In this document: one piece after another, positions 1-10,560 of the stretch
Numbering within the stretch: position 1 is the first letter of the stretch
How the letters are laid out: each line of letters begins with the position of its first letter
Source: Parcubacteria group bacterium
Lineage (GTDB): Bacteria; Patescibacteriota; Minisyncoccia; Phycocordibacterales; UBA2100
DNA length: 64,000 bases
Assembly: GCA_943358385.1 (NCBI GenBank)
Contig: CALRGX010000004.1
Span: 10,610 to 74,609 of the forward strand
Direction: 5' to 3'
The notes under the pieces: model-generated
The model's database searches: none
Told to the model about the DNA's origin: nothing
The model's input: only the letters and a program-made list of their open reading frames with translations
Position numbers and translations under genes: made by a program

Positions 1-1076
1 GAAACCGATTGTATGGATACCAGTGTTTCCGAAGCGCGCGCAATCTGACCACGTTTTCCATCTTGCCTCGTTACTACTCCTGCAATGGGTGCTAGCAGCG
101 CCACATCCTTCAGACGAACTTCGATGGTGCGTATCTGAGCATCGGCTTGTGCAATGCGTGCACGCTGCACTGCCAAACGTTCGACAGTTGTCCCCGCTTC
201 GGCAAGGGAGACCTGTGTATCCATTAAGGTGACATCCGAGCGTGCGACACTCACATTTTTCTGGGCCGTTTCCAATGATGAGAGAGACGAGTCAATGACG
301 CTGCGCGCAGCGGTTATCGATGATTTGAGTGCGTCGTTCGAGGTTCCTGCCGGCAATGTATTCACCGCGCGGGAAACGAGTGCCAAGTAATCTCGCACAC
401 TCGCCAACCCTTCAAGACTAGTACTTACCTTTTTTTCAGACGACAGTGAGCTATTGAGTACTGCCGACCAGTCAAGAAACGTTTGCCCTATCGCGCTGCG
501 CCCTGCTTCGAGTCGTGTCTTGAGGAGACTTTCGCTCACTGGATAATTGAAGGTTGGATTGGACGTGGGGTTTGAGAACAATTGATCAACGGCATGATGC
601 AGCGCATCATCGGATTTTGAAAATGCATCAAGTGCACTCACTACTAAGAGCTGTTCCGCCTCACGCAGTGCGGTACGGGCGCTTTCACGTTTGGCATACG
701 CAACTTCGATGTCTTCGTCACGCGGCCCCGCATCAAGACTCGCATATTCGGCTTCCTCGGTGCGCTTCGTTGCATAGGCTTGGGCAAGGCTGCCACGCAA
801 TTCGTCTTCATCAAGTGCCAAGAGCTGTTGCCCGCCGGAGACTCGTTCGCCTTCTTCTACAAATACGGCAGCAATGCGGCCACTGATGGGAAAACCTAGA
901 TCTACCGCCTCTGCTGCCTTTGCCTTGCCGATTATAACCACGCGCTCTTCCACGTCACCCACTCGTGCAGAGAGGACCTGTATTTCCTCGCGTGTCGCTG
1001 TGCGATAGAACCATCCACTGGCAAGCACACACACCATCAGTCCCATGAGTACATAGAGAGCCCGGTGCGAAGTCAT
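1..1076 (-). CDS. Efflux RND/HlyD-family periplasmic adaptor (MacA-like), 3' end outside window
   Basis: Manual translation from ATG 1076: MTSHRALYVLMGLMVCVLASGWF...VDLGFPISGRIAAVFVEEGERVSGGQQLLALD (TM plus lipoyl-like motif); ATGA overlap with the ABC ATPase stop. Confidence 0.8.
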   Translation of the reverse strand, partial: MTSHRALYVLMGLMVCVLASGWFYRTATREEIQVLSARVGDVEERVVIIGKAKAAEAVDLGFPISGRIAAVFVEEGERVSGGQQLLALDEDELRGSLAQAYATKRTEEAEYASLDAGPRDEDIEVAYAKRESARTALREAEQLLVVSALDAFSKSDDALHHAVDQLFSNPTSNPTFNYPVSESLLKTRLEAGRSAIGQTFLDWSAVLNSSLSSEKKVSTSLEGLASVRDYLALVSRAVNTLPAGTSNDALKSSITAARSVIDSSLSSLETAQKNVSVARSDVTLMDTQVSLAEAGTTVERLAVQRARIAQADAQIRTIEVRLKDVALLAPIAGVVTRQDGKRGQIARASETLVSIQSV

Positions 1077-1810
1077 ACTCTTGATTGTACTCTCTTAGGC
1101 GACTTATCTGAGACCATTTCCCCATCAGCGAGCATGATGACGCGCCCTGTTATTGATGCATACTCTTTCTCATGAGTCACCATTAGAATGGTCTGGCCAA
1201 AACGGTTGAGCTCGATAAATAAATCAAGAATTGTTTCCGACGTCTCACTATCTAAGTTTGCTGTTGGCTCATCCGCAAATAAAATTTTGGGCTCATGGGC
1301 AATGGCGCGAGCAATGGCCACACGCTGCTGCTGGCCGCCCGAGAGCTGTGACGGACGATTCAGAAGGCGATCACCCAACCCCACGCGTTGAAGTGCCTCG
1401 GCCGACTTCCGACGTGCACCATCAGTGGAGACACCCTGCATCATGAGTGGCACCATGACATTTTCAGTAGCCGTTAACTCGGGGAGGAGTGCATAATCTT
1501 GGAACACATATCCCAGTTTATCGAGTCGAAAGGCGGTGCGTCTTTTTCCACTGATACGCGTAATGTCTACGCCATCAATAATAACCTCACCTGATGTGGG
1601 GTGGTCGAGCGCACCCAGCTGGTAGAGGAGCGTGCTTTTTCCTGATCCAGAGCGCCCGGTAATGGCGACAAATTCTCCTTCTCGCACGGTGAACGACACG
1701 CCACGAAGTGCGCGGACTTCGGCGTCGCCCACATGGAACGTCTTCGTGAGGGAGCAGACTGCGATAAGTGGCGACACTTGTGTTGATACTCTTTTTTTGG
1801 CTTTGGTCAT
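1073..1810 (-). CDS. ABC transporter ATP-binding protein (MacB/LolD family)
   Basis: Walker [24 protein letters not shown] signature, ILFADEPT. Confidence 0.95.
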   Translation of the reverse strand: MTKAKKRVSTQVSPLIAVCSLTKTFHVGDAEVRALRGVSFTVREGEFVAITGRSGSGKSTLLYQLGALDHPTSGEVIIDGVDITRISGKRRTAFRLDKLGYVFQDYALLPELTATENVMVPLMMQGVSTDGARRKSAEALQRVGLGDRLLNRPSQLSGGQQQRVAIARAIAHEPKILFADEPTANLDSETSETILDLFIELNRFGQTILMVTHEKEYASITGRVIMLADGEMVSDKSPKRVQSRV

Positions 1811-1812
1811 AG

Positions 1813-3090
1813 TTAACGGCCTAGTATGGCATCGAGTGTATTTTGTTTTACGATCATGCGCGCTGGTACGTACCCCGCAATCAAGCTCGCGACAATTAAG
1901 AGCGCCCCGCGCAAAGACGTTCCCACCGCCGTCACAGAAAGTACACCGTCACTAAAGGGGAAATTAATAGGGTGCACATCAATCCATGGCTTTATAATAC
2001 AAAAAAGAACCAGTGCCCCAACCACCGTTCCTACCGTGGCATAAAAGAGCGCCTGCATCACATAGGAGAGTTCGATGACCGAAGCATCAACACCAATGCC
2101 GCGCAATATGCCAATATATTTTCGCCGCGTCACCGCATTTATAAAAATGACAATAAAGATGGTGATTGAGGACACGATCAAACCGATAGTACCGACGATA
2201 TTACCCAAGAGCGCAAATGTGTCTTTAATATCGCGAATGAATTTTGGTTGCGCATCTACCCAGGTCTGCACGCGAGCACGCTCGGAGAGCCCACTACGCA
2301 CCAACGCCTCTTTCGTAAATACCGCACCTTCATCAGTAAACGTATTGATGGCAATTTCATTCACGCTTTTGTCAGCACGCCCCAAGAGCTCGCGCAGCGA
2401 CGTGTCGAGCATGAAGATGCGTGAATCAATTTCTTGAACCTTCCCCTTAACGATTCCTTTCACCGTAAATTCTTTTACATGTGGACCTACTTTTATGCGC
2501 ACCCTGTCGCCAATCGCTACGTCTTTTAGTGTTCGCAAACCAGGAGTGTCGATAGGTGAATACTGGTACAGCTTGTCCGCTCCCATGAGAATCGCCTCCG
2601 AATCTTGCGGGTCCAAATAGGAGCCCGCGATGACGCGGGAGCGTAACCCTGATACGGCATCCTCATCCATGGGATTAATGCCCGTTAGAAGTGCGTTTGT
2701 CTCATTCGGAATATCAGTGTAATTGGTTTTGCTGCGATACCCTGCTTCCACATCGGCAATCCCGGTGTAGCGCGCGGAGAGTGCCTCGACCCACGGAAGC
2801 GAGCGCACCAGGGCTATTGCACTGGGACTATCTTCTATGTACGGACGCGTTTGTGTCGCTGAAATCAACACGTCCCCTGTATAGAGAGTGCGATTCGCCG
2901 TAGACGCACTTTCAATAAGACCCACCAGAATACCGCCGATGAAAATCAAGTTGAGGAATGTCAGTGCCATTACTGATGTGATTAAAAGGTTCGTCCACAG
3001 GCTTCCACGCCGCACTTGCCGGTACGCAAGAAATGACGCTAAGCGGAGCACGATTGCCATTCGAGAAGACCACTCACTCAGCGTGCGCAT
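1813..3090 (-). CDS. ABC transporter permease (FtsX/MacB-like)
   Basis: N-terminal TM, large periplasmic domain, three C-terminal TMs with RRKYIGILRGIG motif; operon with ATPase. Confidence 0.9.
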   Translation of the reverse strand: MRTLSEWSSRMAIVLRLASFLAYRQVRRGSLWTNLLITSVMALTFLNLIFIGGILVGLIESASTANRTLYTGDVLISATQTRPYIEDSPSAIALVRSLPWVEALSARYTGIADVEAGYRSKTNYTDIPNETNALLTGINPMDEDAVSGLRSRVIAGSYLDPQDSEAILMGADKLYQYSPIDTPGLRTLKDVAIGDRVRIKVGPHVKEFTVKGIVKGKVQEIDSRIFMLDTSLRELLGRADKSVNEIAINTFTDEGAVFTKEALVRSGLSERARVQTWVDAQPKFIRDIKDTFALLGNIVGTIGLIVSSITIFIVIFINAVTRRKYIGILRGIGVDASVIELSYVMQALFYATVGTVVGALVLFCIIKPWIDVHPINFPFSDGVLSVTAVGTSLRGALLIVASLIAGYVPARMIVKQNTLDAILGR

Positions 3091-3135
3091 GAAGAAATGA
3101 TACCACGCACATGCGTGCGTGCGTTTTCAAAAAAA

Positions 3136-4842
3136 CTATAACGCCTTGTATAAGATACGCGCCAACTTCAAATCATCGAAAGAGTACACTCCTTTCAGTT
3201 CTCCAAAAACAGGAGTCAGTGTGTCGGTGCCATGGCGTTTGAATGCTGCTTCAATTTTGGGCATAGAGCGCAGAAGTGCGGGCGACACGGCGCGCTTCAC
3301 CTCATCGAATGACAGCAGGTCGCGCACATACAGATTCTCAACATGATCGATGATGGTGCTTTCTTTCAGTGTGCGCGCTTTGGCAATGTCTTTTATAGAC
3401 TTTCGCTCTTTAAGCATACCGAGCGTTACCATCTGCGTAGCCCCTTTCTCAACCGTACTTTTTTTCTTGGCTTTCGGCACCACCCCACCCTCTCGAGAAC
3501 CGCCCGCGGCGGTGATAAAGCGTTCGACGTACGACTGATGCTCACTATCATTCATGGCACCAAAACGCTCTCGTGCATTTCTCGAGCGCTCCTTAAAATC
3601 TTCGTCTCGTTCATGCACTTCAGGATGTACTTCGAGGGCACGTCGGTTGTATCCTAAGAGATGCAGCCCTTCCAGGGTACGTACGCGAGAGAGCGCTACA
3701 TACCCCTGCCCGAATTCAAACGCTTTCGTTAAATCCACCACTGCCGCATCCAGTGTCATTCCTTGGCTTTTATGTACGGTAATTGCCCAGGCAAGCCTGA
3801 GGGGCAACTGTGCAATGCGCGCCAGCACGCGCCCACCTTCTTCCATAGTCCATTCCGATTGCTCCACATCAATGTGGCGACCTTCGTACGTGCGCACGGT
3901 TGGTGCGCCACTCATGGAGATGGATACCACTTCGCCCAGAGTACCATTCACAAACTTTCCGGCAGGGTCATTTTTGGTAAACATAACACGCGCACCCTCC
4001 TTCAACAGCAGATGTTCTGGCGAAAGACAACCGCGCTTGAGTGATGCGATCAACACGTCGCCTCCTCGCGCCGTCATCGTAAACGTATGCATGCGCCCCG
4101 GAATCTGATGCAGGCGCTCGTCATTGATACGGTCAACATCGCTATTATGCGAAAAGAGTCGCGGTGCATCTTTCGGTGCCTCATGCTCTTTTATCGTGCG
4201 GGCCTCGAGAATGTGGTGCACGCCTTCCAAGGCGTCGCTGGCGCGTATCTTTCCAAGAAGCTTTGCAAACGACGCATCGTCTTGACGGTATTGCTCTTCG
4301 AGATAACAGACCATGGGATTTAAATCACGCCAGGCAGACGAGCTAAATGCAAAAGGCGATTCCTGTGATTCCTCATATTCACTGCATGCAAACGCAGTGC
4401 GCCTCATGATAGGGGGCAGCTGGAAGAAATCGCCTACCAAGATAACCTGCAGCCCACCAAATGGTGTGGCCACTCCCTTTACTGCACGCAACACCTGATC
4501 AACCATCAAGAGTACTGACCCCGAGAGCATGGACACTTCATCAATGATGAGCACGTGCGTGTCTTTAACGCGGCGGCGGACATTTTTATTTTCACTAATT
4601 GCTTCGACATCATATTCAGAAAGATAGTCGCGCACACCGATACCACTCCAACTATGAATGGTCATACCACCCACATGCGTGGCTGCAATGCCCGTCGAGG
4701 CCGTGATGGCTGGCTCGATGCCGTGTTCGCGAAGGTACCGAATGTAGCGATTGATTGTATACGTCTTGCCAGACCCCGGCTCGCCGGTAAGAAAGACATG
4801 TGCCCCCGTTTTAAGCACGCGTAGTGCCTCATCTTGTGTCAT
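3136..4842 (-). CDS. PIF1-family DNA helicase with C-terminal helix-turn-helix
   Basis: TGEPGSGKT, IIDEVSM, GDFFQLPP, LAWAITVHKSQGMTLD, GQGYVALSR motifs. Confidence 0.92.
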   Translation of the reverse strand: MTQDEALRVLKTGAHVFLTGEPGSGKTYTINRYIRYLREHGIEPAITASTGIAATHVGGMTIHSWSGIGVRDYLSEYDVEAISENKNVRRRVKDTHVLIIDEVSMLSGSVLLMVDQVLRAVKGVATPFGGLQVILVGDFFQLPPIMRRTAFACSEYEESQESPFAFSSSAWRDLNPMVCYLEEQYRQDDASFAKLLGKIRASDALEGVHHILEARTIKEHEAPKDAPRLFSHNSDVDRINDERLHQIPGRMHTFTMTARGGDVLIASLKRGCLSPEHLLLKEGARVMFTKNDPAGKFVNGTLGEVVSISMSGAPTVRTYEGRHIDVEQSEWTMEEGGRVLARIAQLPLRLAWAITVHKSQGMTLDAAVVDLTKAFEFGQGYVALSRVRTLEGLHLLGYNRRALEVHPEVHERDEDFKERSRNARERFGAMNDSEHQSYVERFITAAGGSREGGVVPKAKKKSTVEKGATQMVTLGMLKERKSIKDIAKARTLKESTIIDHVENLYVRDLLSFDEVKRAVSPALLRSMPKIEAAFKRHGTDTLTPVFGELKGVYSFDDLKLARILYKAL

Positions 4843-4884
4843 GCGAACATGATACTACCTGAGGAGCTGCTCTACGAATCTATC

Positions 4885-6063
4885 TTAACGGACAGGAAGT
4901 ACACTCCACAGTGCGGGATCTTGCCCGCCATCAAGCTTAAAGATAGAGATGCCGCGTACTCCGAGTCGCCTTGCTAGATCCATCTTGTCTTTTACCGCTT
5001 GGGCGTCGCTCCACACCATCATGCGAAACGTATGATTGGTATTGGTAAGCTGCGCCAGCGTGGTAGCTGCGGCTGCAACATTGCCGCTATTAGGAATCGC
5101 CGAGGTGCTCCGGGTGGTAGTGGGGACGTACGTGAAAAACATTTCGCCGTACGAATTGCGCTGCGGCGTAATGCCGTACTGCTGTGCGATTGGCCAGGCA
5201 TACCCAGGATTGAAGGACCACTGCAAATCATACGTATATCCATCAGCGTACGCGGTGACGTCGTACTCATACCCGTACGTCGGCACGCCAATCATAATTT
5301 TATTTTTCTTGATATCTTTCATGGCGAGACGAATCGTTTTCTCAACCCACGCAGGATCCGAAACAGGGCTGTAGAGCTCTTTGACATGAGCTTTATTAAG
5401 ATTGAGGTCTATCGACTGCTGGTCGTAGGCCATGAAGCGCACGCGGTCACAGTATTTGTTCAGCGACGGAAAATCGTTTGCGAACTCTATGTCGGGTGGT
5501 GTGACCACAAAACGGTCAGCATCAGGAGTTCGGGCCTCAACCGTACACATGACCCACTTGTTCCCCATCCTCATGTAGAGCCCTTTAAGAAAAAGTGAGA
5601 AGTACGGCCTTGTTCGTGCCTGCTTTCCCTCAAAATCAATATCAATACCGTCGAACCCTTTCTCTTTTACCAGTGCCGTTATGTAATCTTGAAGAGCATT
5701 TCGGCTTTTCTGGTTACTTAACAGTGTGTGCACCAGTTCACCATTACTGGTCATCACTGTGGGAATCACGCGCACATGGTTTTTCTTGGCTTCTGCGATG
5801 AAAGATTTCCATGGCTCTTCGTCAAGTTTGCCATTATCGAGGAAGGTGCCGTCGCTCTTCAGTGTGTATACAAAAGGATTGACTTCATTCAACTGATTGA
5901 GATGCGGGAGCACATCTTGCGTTCCTGTCGCCGATCGCCAATACGGAATCCAGCCCGACACCTCAAAGGGTGCCGACCACAGTGCTGCCGATGCAGACTG
6001 TGGTAACACAAAAAAAACCAAGAGGAGAAAAAAGGGCACCGTGTACCGTCGTAGCATCATCAC
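4885..6063 (-). CDS. Secreted glycoside hydrolase family 18 protein
   Basis: Signal peptide, catalytic FDGIDIDFE (DxDxE), MAYD and GVPTYGY motifs. Confidence 0.88.
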   Translation of the reverse strand: MMMLRRYTVPFFLLLVFFVLPQSASAALWSAPFEVSGWIPYWRSATGTQDVLPHLNQLNEVNPFVYTLKSDGTFLDNGKLDEEPWKSFIAEAKKNHVRVIPTVMTSNGELVHTLLSNQKSRNALQDYITALVKEKGFDGIDIDFEGKQARTRPYFSLFLKGLYMRMGNKWVMCTVEARTPDADRFVVTPPDIEFANDFPSLNKYCDRVRFMAYDQQSIDLNLNKAHVKELYSPVSDPAWVEKTIRLAMKDIKKNKIMIGVPTYGYEYDVTAYADGYTYDLQWSFNPGYAWPIAQQYGITPQRNSYGEMFFTYVPTTTRSTSAIPNSGNVAAAATTLAQLTNTNHTFRMMVWSDAQAVKDKMDLARRLGVRGISIFKLDGGQDPALWSVLPVR

Positions 6064-6108
6064 ACTATACAGGACGGGACTTGGAATAGAAACTTACACT
6101 GATTCTCT

Positions 6109-6495
6109 TTACATGAGACCGAACCCGAGCGCTGCCAAATACGTCCCCAACACTATAGAGAGGAGACCGCCCCATGTGTACCACGATGGAGTGTTAAATT
6201 TTTTCATCGTTCGGGTGAGCCACTGGTGTGGCATCGTGAGGTAGAACACACTTTCAACAACCATCATCCATCCCACCAATGCAACGACACCAGAGAGACT
6301 CAATGAAATAGTGGGGTACGAAAGGACGAGCGCCAACCCAGCCGCCAATTCCAGAAGCGGGATGAAAAACATCAGCACCTTGTTCTGAAAAAATTCATTC
6401 ATCACCGGCATTATGGATTTCTGCCGGACCATAACAATGAGCCCGATAATCACGAAGTAGAGTCCGAACAGTTGTGCAAAGAAGAATTCGTACAT
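6109..6495 (-). CDS. Small 4-TM membrane protein
   Basis: 128 aa hydrophobic ORF co-oriented with neighbours. Confidence 0.7.
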   Translation of the reverse strand: MYEFFFAQLFGLYFVIIGLIVMVRQKSIMPVMNEFFQNKVLMFFIPLLELAAGLALVLSYPTISLSLSGVVALVGWMMVVESVFYLTMPHQWLTRTMKKFNTPSWYTWGGLLSIVLGTYLAALGFGLM

Positions 6496-6555
6496 AGGTG
6501 CACTGAAATCTTATAATACATTAATGCTAGCACGCCTGCGCGGTATACTGCGTGC

Positions 6556-7605
6556 ATGTTCACATCTCGTGTCATTGCTGCAGTCGGTGCTGCAACTGCG
6601 TGGATGATACCGAAAACGACGGCGGCGCACGAAGTGTATGTGCTCACGCCACAGCAGATTAGTGAAGCATTGAGTCGGCCAGCTTTTTCGGAGTGGCAGA
6701 CACTCATCACGAATCTCGATCAGGTACTTCTCTGGGGCTGCATCGCAGCCATAGTCGTATTAAGCGTATTCTTCATATTAATTTCCCGCAGTGTTGAAAG
6801 ATTTTTTGACCCCTTCCTTTCAAAATTGCCACCATATGCACCCCTCATAAGTCGTGTCAGTATTGGCCTTGGTTTACTGTCAGCGGCGTATCACAGCGCC
6901 CTGTTTGGGCCCGAGTTGCCACTAGTGCTCGTGTTTGGATCTCTGGCACCCCTCATACAGGCGCTCTTGGGCATAACCGGCATTATGTGTATTGCTGGCT
7001 TTTTTGTGCGCATCGCGTCACTCATTTTGCTCGCCATTTTCGCCGGGGCGTTTTACTCGCAAGGCATCTACATGCTCACGTATGCTAATTATGTGGGTGA
7101 ATTATTCCTTTTGTTGATTCTTGGGGCACATGTATTGGGTTACCATCACAAAGCTCATGACTACATACATGCGCCAGGCTGGCTCCTGAAAATCAAACAC
7201 ACTCTGGTTCCGTACGCATTTCCCCTGTTGCGCATCGGGTTCGGCGTGTCGCTGCTCTTTGCCTCCCTGTATGCAAAAATTGTGTACAACAATCTTGCAC
7301 TTGCTGTCGCGGAGACCTACCCCGCAATCCCTGCTTTTTTTGGTTTTGAACCTCATTTTTTAGTACTCGGTGCCGCCATTATAGAAATAGTACTCGCCCT
7401 CTTCTTCATACTCGGTATAGAAATTCGTTTTGCCGCACTCTTCCTTGAGTTCTGGCTCGGTCTTTCACTATGGTACTTCGGCGAAGCAGTATGGCCACAC
7501 TTTATTCTTATCGGCATCCCGATTGCGTTTTTGTGCTACGGCTATGACAAAAAGAGCCTGGAAGGGCTCTTTATGAAGCGGTACGGTCGTCACCCCGTGC
7601 TATGA
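6556..7605 (+). CDS. DoxX-family-like multi-pass membrane protein
   Basis: AHEVYVL N-terminus, two repeats of R.GxG...E..L...LG...R pattern; TATACT 6 nt before ATG. Confidence 0.7.
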   Translation: MFTSRVIAAVGAATAWMIPKTTAAHEVYVLTPQQISEALSRPAFSEWQTLITNLDQVLLWGCIAAIVVLSVFFILISRSVERFFDPFLSKLPPYAPLISRVSIGLGLLSAAYHSALFGPELPLVLVFGSLAPLIQALLGITGIMCIAGFFVRIASLILLAIFAGAFYSQGIYMLTYANYVGELFLLLILGAHVLGYHHKAHDYIHAPGWLLKIKHTLVPYAFPLLRIGFGVSLLFASLYAKIVYNNLALAVAETYPAIPAFFGFEPHFLVLGAAIIEIVLALFFILGIEIRFAALFLEFWLGLSLWYFGEAVWPHFILIGIPIAFLCYGYDKKSLEGLFMKRYGRHPVL

Positions 7606-7614
7606 CTCGGACGA

Positions 7615-7995
7615 CTATCGCTTTTGCAGACGAAGTTCCACTTTGCTCACAATGTCGGCCATGCTGGAATCGCCCTTGATGATGTAAAAGAATGCTTTGT
7701 TTTCCATCGCCTTCTCGAGCATCTCCACTTCAGACATGTTGGTGAGGATAATTACCTCAACATCTTTGCCCCACTCATCTTTGCGCAACTCTGCAATCAT
7801 CTCCATACCGCCCATCTTGGGCATTTTAAGATCCGTCAAAATAAGATCAGGGTGCTTTTCCTTAGCGAGAGCAAGTCCTTTCTCCCCATCCTCTGCAACG
7901 AGTACATCATAGCCATGATGTGTGAGAGCCCCTTGGAGCGCAAGAGCTGCGGGCGCCTCATCTTCAACTAGTAGGATTGTTTTCTTTTCGTTCAT
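7615..7995 (-). CDS. Single-domain response regulator (CheY-like)
   Basis: LLVEDE, PDLILTDLKMPKMGG, IILTN, IK motifs. Confidence 0.93.
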   Translation of the reverse strand: MNEKKTILLVEDEAPAALALQGALTHHGYDVLVAEDGEKGLALAKEKHPDLILTDLKMPKMGGMEMIAELRKDEWGKDVEVIILTNMSEVEMLEKAMENKAFFYIIKGDSSMADIVSKVELRLQKR

Positions 7996-8067
7996 ACAGG
8001 GTCGTTGAGGTTTGGTTATGCCTACAGTATACGCCCTCCCTTCTGAGGGGCAAATGGCCTGTCCAGA

Positions 8068-9345
8068 TCAGGCGTCTTTACCAGGTTTTTTCCACACCAG
8101 TGGTAACGACGCGTAGAAAGTCGTCCCCTTATCCTCAATTGACTCAAAGGTCACATCGCCACCAACTTTCTGACAAATCATCTTGATGATGTATAGACCC
8201 AGACCAGTACCATCGGTAACCAGCGATTCCGCATTCGATGCGCGGTGCAGTTTTTCAAAGACGCGACTCTGGTCCGCCTTGGGAATACCGATGCCCGTAT
8301 CTGCTACACGGACAAAGAGCGATTCTTTAACCGCCCCTCCCAGCTCCACATCGCACGTCACCTTCCTTCCCTCAGGAGTGTACTTGATGGCGTTAGAAAT
8401 AAGGTTCTGAAAGACCATGCGCAGCAAACTCTTGTCGGCGCTCATATGCGGCATACTCGGCTGACAGTTGAGCGTGAAATTGAGTTTCCTTTCCTCTGCT
8501 CGATGTCGCTGTTCTTCGTAGACACTCTTTGCCAATTCACAAACATCAATTTCTTCCGGCATGATACGCAGCGTGTCGTTTTCAATACGAGACACATTTA
8601 AGAGATCGTTGACCATTTCAATCATACGATTTGATGATTGCAGCACTGAGTTCATGTGCTTCGCTTGCTCGGGGGTCAAGACGCCCGCAACACCGCCCAA
8701 CAACCCCTCCATAGTCCACCTGAGCGAGGTAAGCGGCGTCTTAAGTTGATGCGACGCGAGGGAGACGAATTCCGACTTTGCCTTGTCAACTTCGGCTTCT
8801 TTAGTAACGTCGTGCATGACTCCTTTTAGAAAACGGAGTTTGTTTTCCCCCCCGAGGGTGGTTGTACCTTCAACACGCAGGTATTTTAATTTGCCGGACG
8901 GGACCAAAATCCTAAAGGCGAATGAGAAGCGACCCGGCCGTTTGATTGCTTCCTGCCAGCGTGTCTTTGTTTCTTCTCGATCCTTCTCGTGGGTGAGCTC
9001 GACAATAGCATCGACCGTGGGCGGGCGTCGACGCGGCGGTGTTTCGAACAAGTTGTACATTTCCTCTGACCACAGTGATTCCTGTGGGTTTTCGAAGTTC
9101 CAGGTAAAGCTGCCGAAGTGGCCGATTTTTTCAGCTTCACTCAGCTGTACCGTCATCACGTCGAGCTCTTGTGAGAGTGACTCCACCCGGCGAGCAACTC
9201 GCTCTCGCATCGAATACAAAAGGTACACAGAAAGCGCAGTGGCAGGTATAGCGAGCGCCACGAAAATGCCGATGATGCCAGAAGGAAAGATATCTTGCAC
9301 CTTTTCACCAAAGGTCGTTAATACGCGAAATATGCTATCCACCAC
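8068..9345 (-). CDS. PAS-domain sensor histidine kinase
   Basis: TM, PAS_3-like region, H-box ASHQLKTPL, N-box NLISNAIKY, DTGIGI, GTGLGL. Confidence 0.93.
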   Translation of the reverse strand: MVDSIFRVLTTFGEKVQDIFPSGIIGIFVALAIPATALSVYLLYSMRERVARRVESLSQELDVMTVQLSEAEKIGHFGSFTWNFENPQESLWSEEMYNLFETPPRRRPPTVDAIVELTHEKDREETKTRWQEAIKRPGRFSFAFRILVPSGKLKYLRVEGTTTLGGENKLRFLKGVMHDVTKEAEVDKAKSEFVSLASHQLKTPLTSLRWTMEGLLGGVAGVLTPEQAKHMNSVLQSSNRMIEMVNDLLNVSRIENDTLRIMPEEIDVCELAKSVYEEQRHRAEERKLNFTLNCQPSMPHMSADKSLLRMVFQNLISNAIKYTPEGRKVTCDVELGGAVKESLFVRVADTGIGIPKADQSRVFEKLHRASNAESLVTDGTGLGLYIIKMICQKVGGDVTFESIEDKGTTFYASLPLVWKKPGKDA

Positions 9346-9351
9346 AACATG

Positions 9352-9597
9352 CTAGCACGGGGCAATGAGTTTCAATTTCTCCCGCCGAGTGAGTTTCTTC
9401 AATGTCGCCTCACGTACGAGTGCACGGGTGCGGGTGCGGAATTTTTGTTGATATACCAGAGTCACCGGCGTTCGTCCCCGTGTGTACTTTGCCCCTTTTT
9501 TTGAACTATTATGTTCACTGATTCTTCGGTGGATGTCGGTGGTGAATCCTGTATAAAGCGTGGCATCAATACAGCGCACTATGTAGACATAAAACAT
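9352..9597 (-). CDS. GIY-YIG nuclease family protein
   Basis: FYVYIVRC..LYTGFTTD..RR..EHN..GAKYTR..E..LKKLTR..K. Confidence 0.9.
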   Translation of the reverse strand: MFYVYIVRCIDATLYTGFTTDIHRRISEHNSSKKGAKYTRGRTPVTLVYQQKFRTRTRALVREATLKKLTRREKLKLIAPC

Positions 9598-9651
9598 ACA
9601 CCCGCAGTATACCGTTCGTACGCATGCACACCCTCTGCTACTATAGACCGT

Positions 9652-10551
9652 ATGCTTTCTTACCTAAAACATCCATTCTTTTGGGGCCCTACTGCATGTT
9701 CGGTCGCCTTGCTTGTACTCTTGGGAGCTACATGTTGGGAGTACCAGGAAGCTACTGCAGACCATCAGCAGACGGTGACTGCCTTTGCATCGAGTACGGA
9801 TACCTACCGTTCTTTTACGTATGAAATACGCATCCGAGAAGCGCGTCTTGCTGAGGAAAAGGAAGCGGTCATACGCAACCTCACCTCGGAACAAGAGCGA
9901 AACAATGCAATCCAAAACCAAATCGATGGGCTGAAAGGGAGTGTAGCGGTCATCCAGAAAGTAAACGCTACCGACAAGGAACTACTGCAAAAATATTCGA
10001 AAGTGTATTTTCTTAATGAGAACTACGCGCCACCACAGCTCACCGTCATATCACCAGAATTCGTGTGGGGCATTGATAAAGCACTCGAGACACACGCGCA
10101 AGTGACACCCTTTCTACATGCACTACTGGGGGCTGCACGCTCGCAAAATATTGATCTTGCAGTCCTTTCAGCATATCGCTCTTTCAACACGCAAGCCTCA
10201 CTTAAATCCGCTTACACGGTACGCTACGGCGCTGGCGCTAACGCTTTCTCTGCAGATCAGGGATATTCAGAACATCAGTTAGGCACTACAGTTGATTTCA
10301 CGACGCGCGCGGGGGGTAGTGTCCTTGCTGGATTTGACGAAACCGCTGCTTTTACATGGCTCCGGGAGCATGCCCATCTCTACGGTTTCGTTCTGTCATA
10401 CCCTGAAGGAAACAACTATTACGTGTATGAGCCGTGGCACTGGAGATTTGTTGGTGTCGAGTTGGCAAGCAAGCTTCACGCAGAGTCACGTGATTTTTAC
10501 GATATGGACCAGCGGGTACTTGATACCTATCGCATCTCCCTCTTTGATTAA
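9652..10551 (+). CDS. M15B D-alanyl-D-alanine carboxypeptidase (VanY-like) with TM anchor and coiled coil
   Basis: SAYRS..Q, GYSEHQLGTTVD, YEPWHWRFVG; ATG 9652 preceded by TACTAT. Confidence 0.9.
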   Translation: MLSYLKHPFFWGPTACSVALLVLLGATCWEYQEATADHQQTVTAFASSTDTYRSFTYEIRIREARLAEEKEAVIRNLTSEQERNNAIQNQIDGLKGSVAVIQKVNATDKELLQKYSKVYFLNENYAPPQLTVISPEFVWGIDKALETHAQVTPFLHALLGAARSQNIDLAVLSAYRSFNTQASLKSAYTVRYGAGANAFSADQGYSEHQLGTTVDFTTRAGGSVLAGFDETAAFTWLREHAHLYGFVLSYPEGNNYYVYEPWHWRFVGVELASKLHAESRDFYDMDQRVLDTYRISLFD

Positions 10552-10560
10552 GGGCGGTGC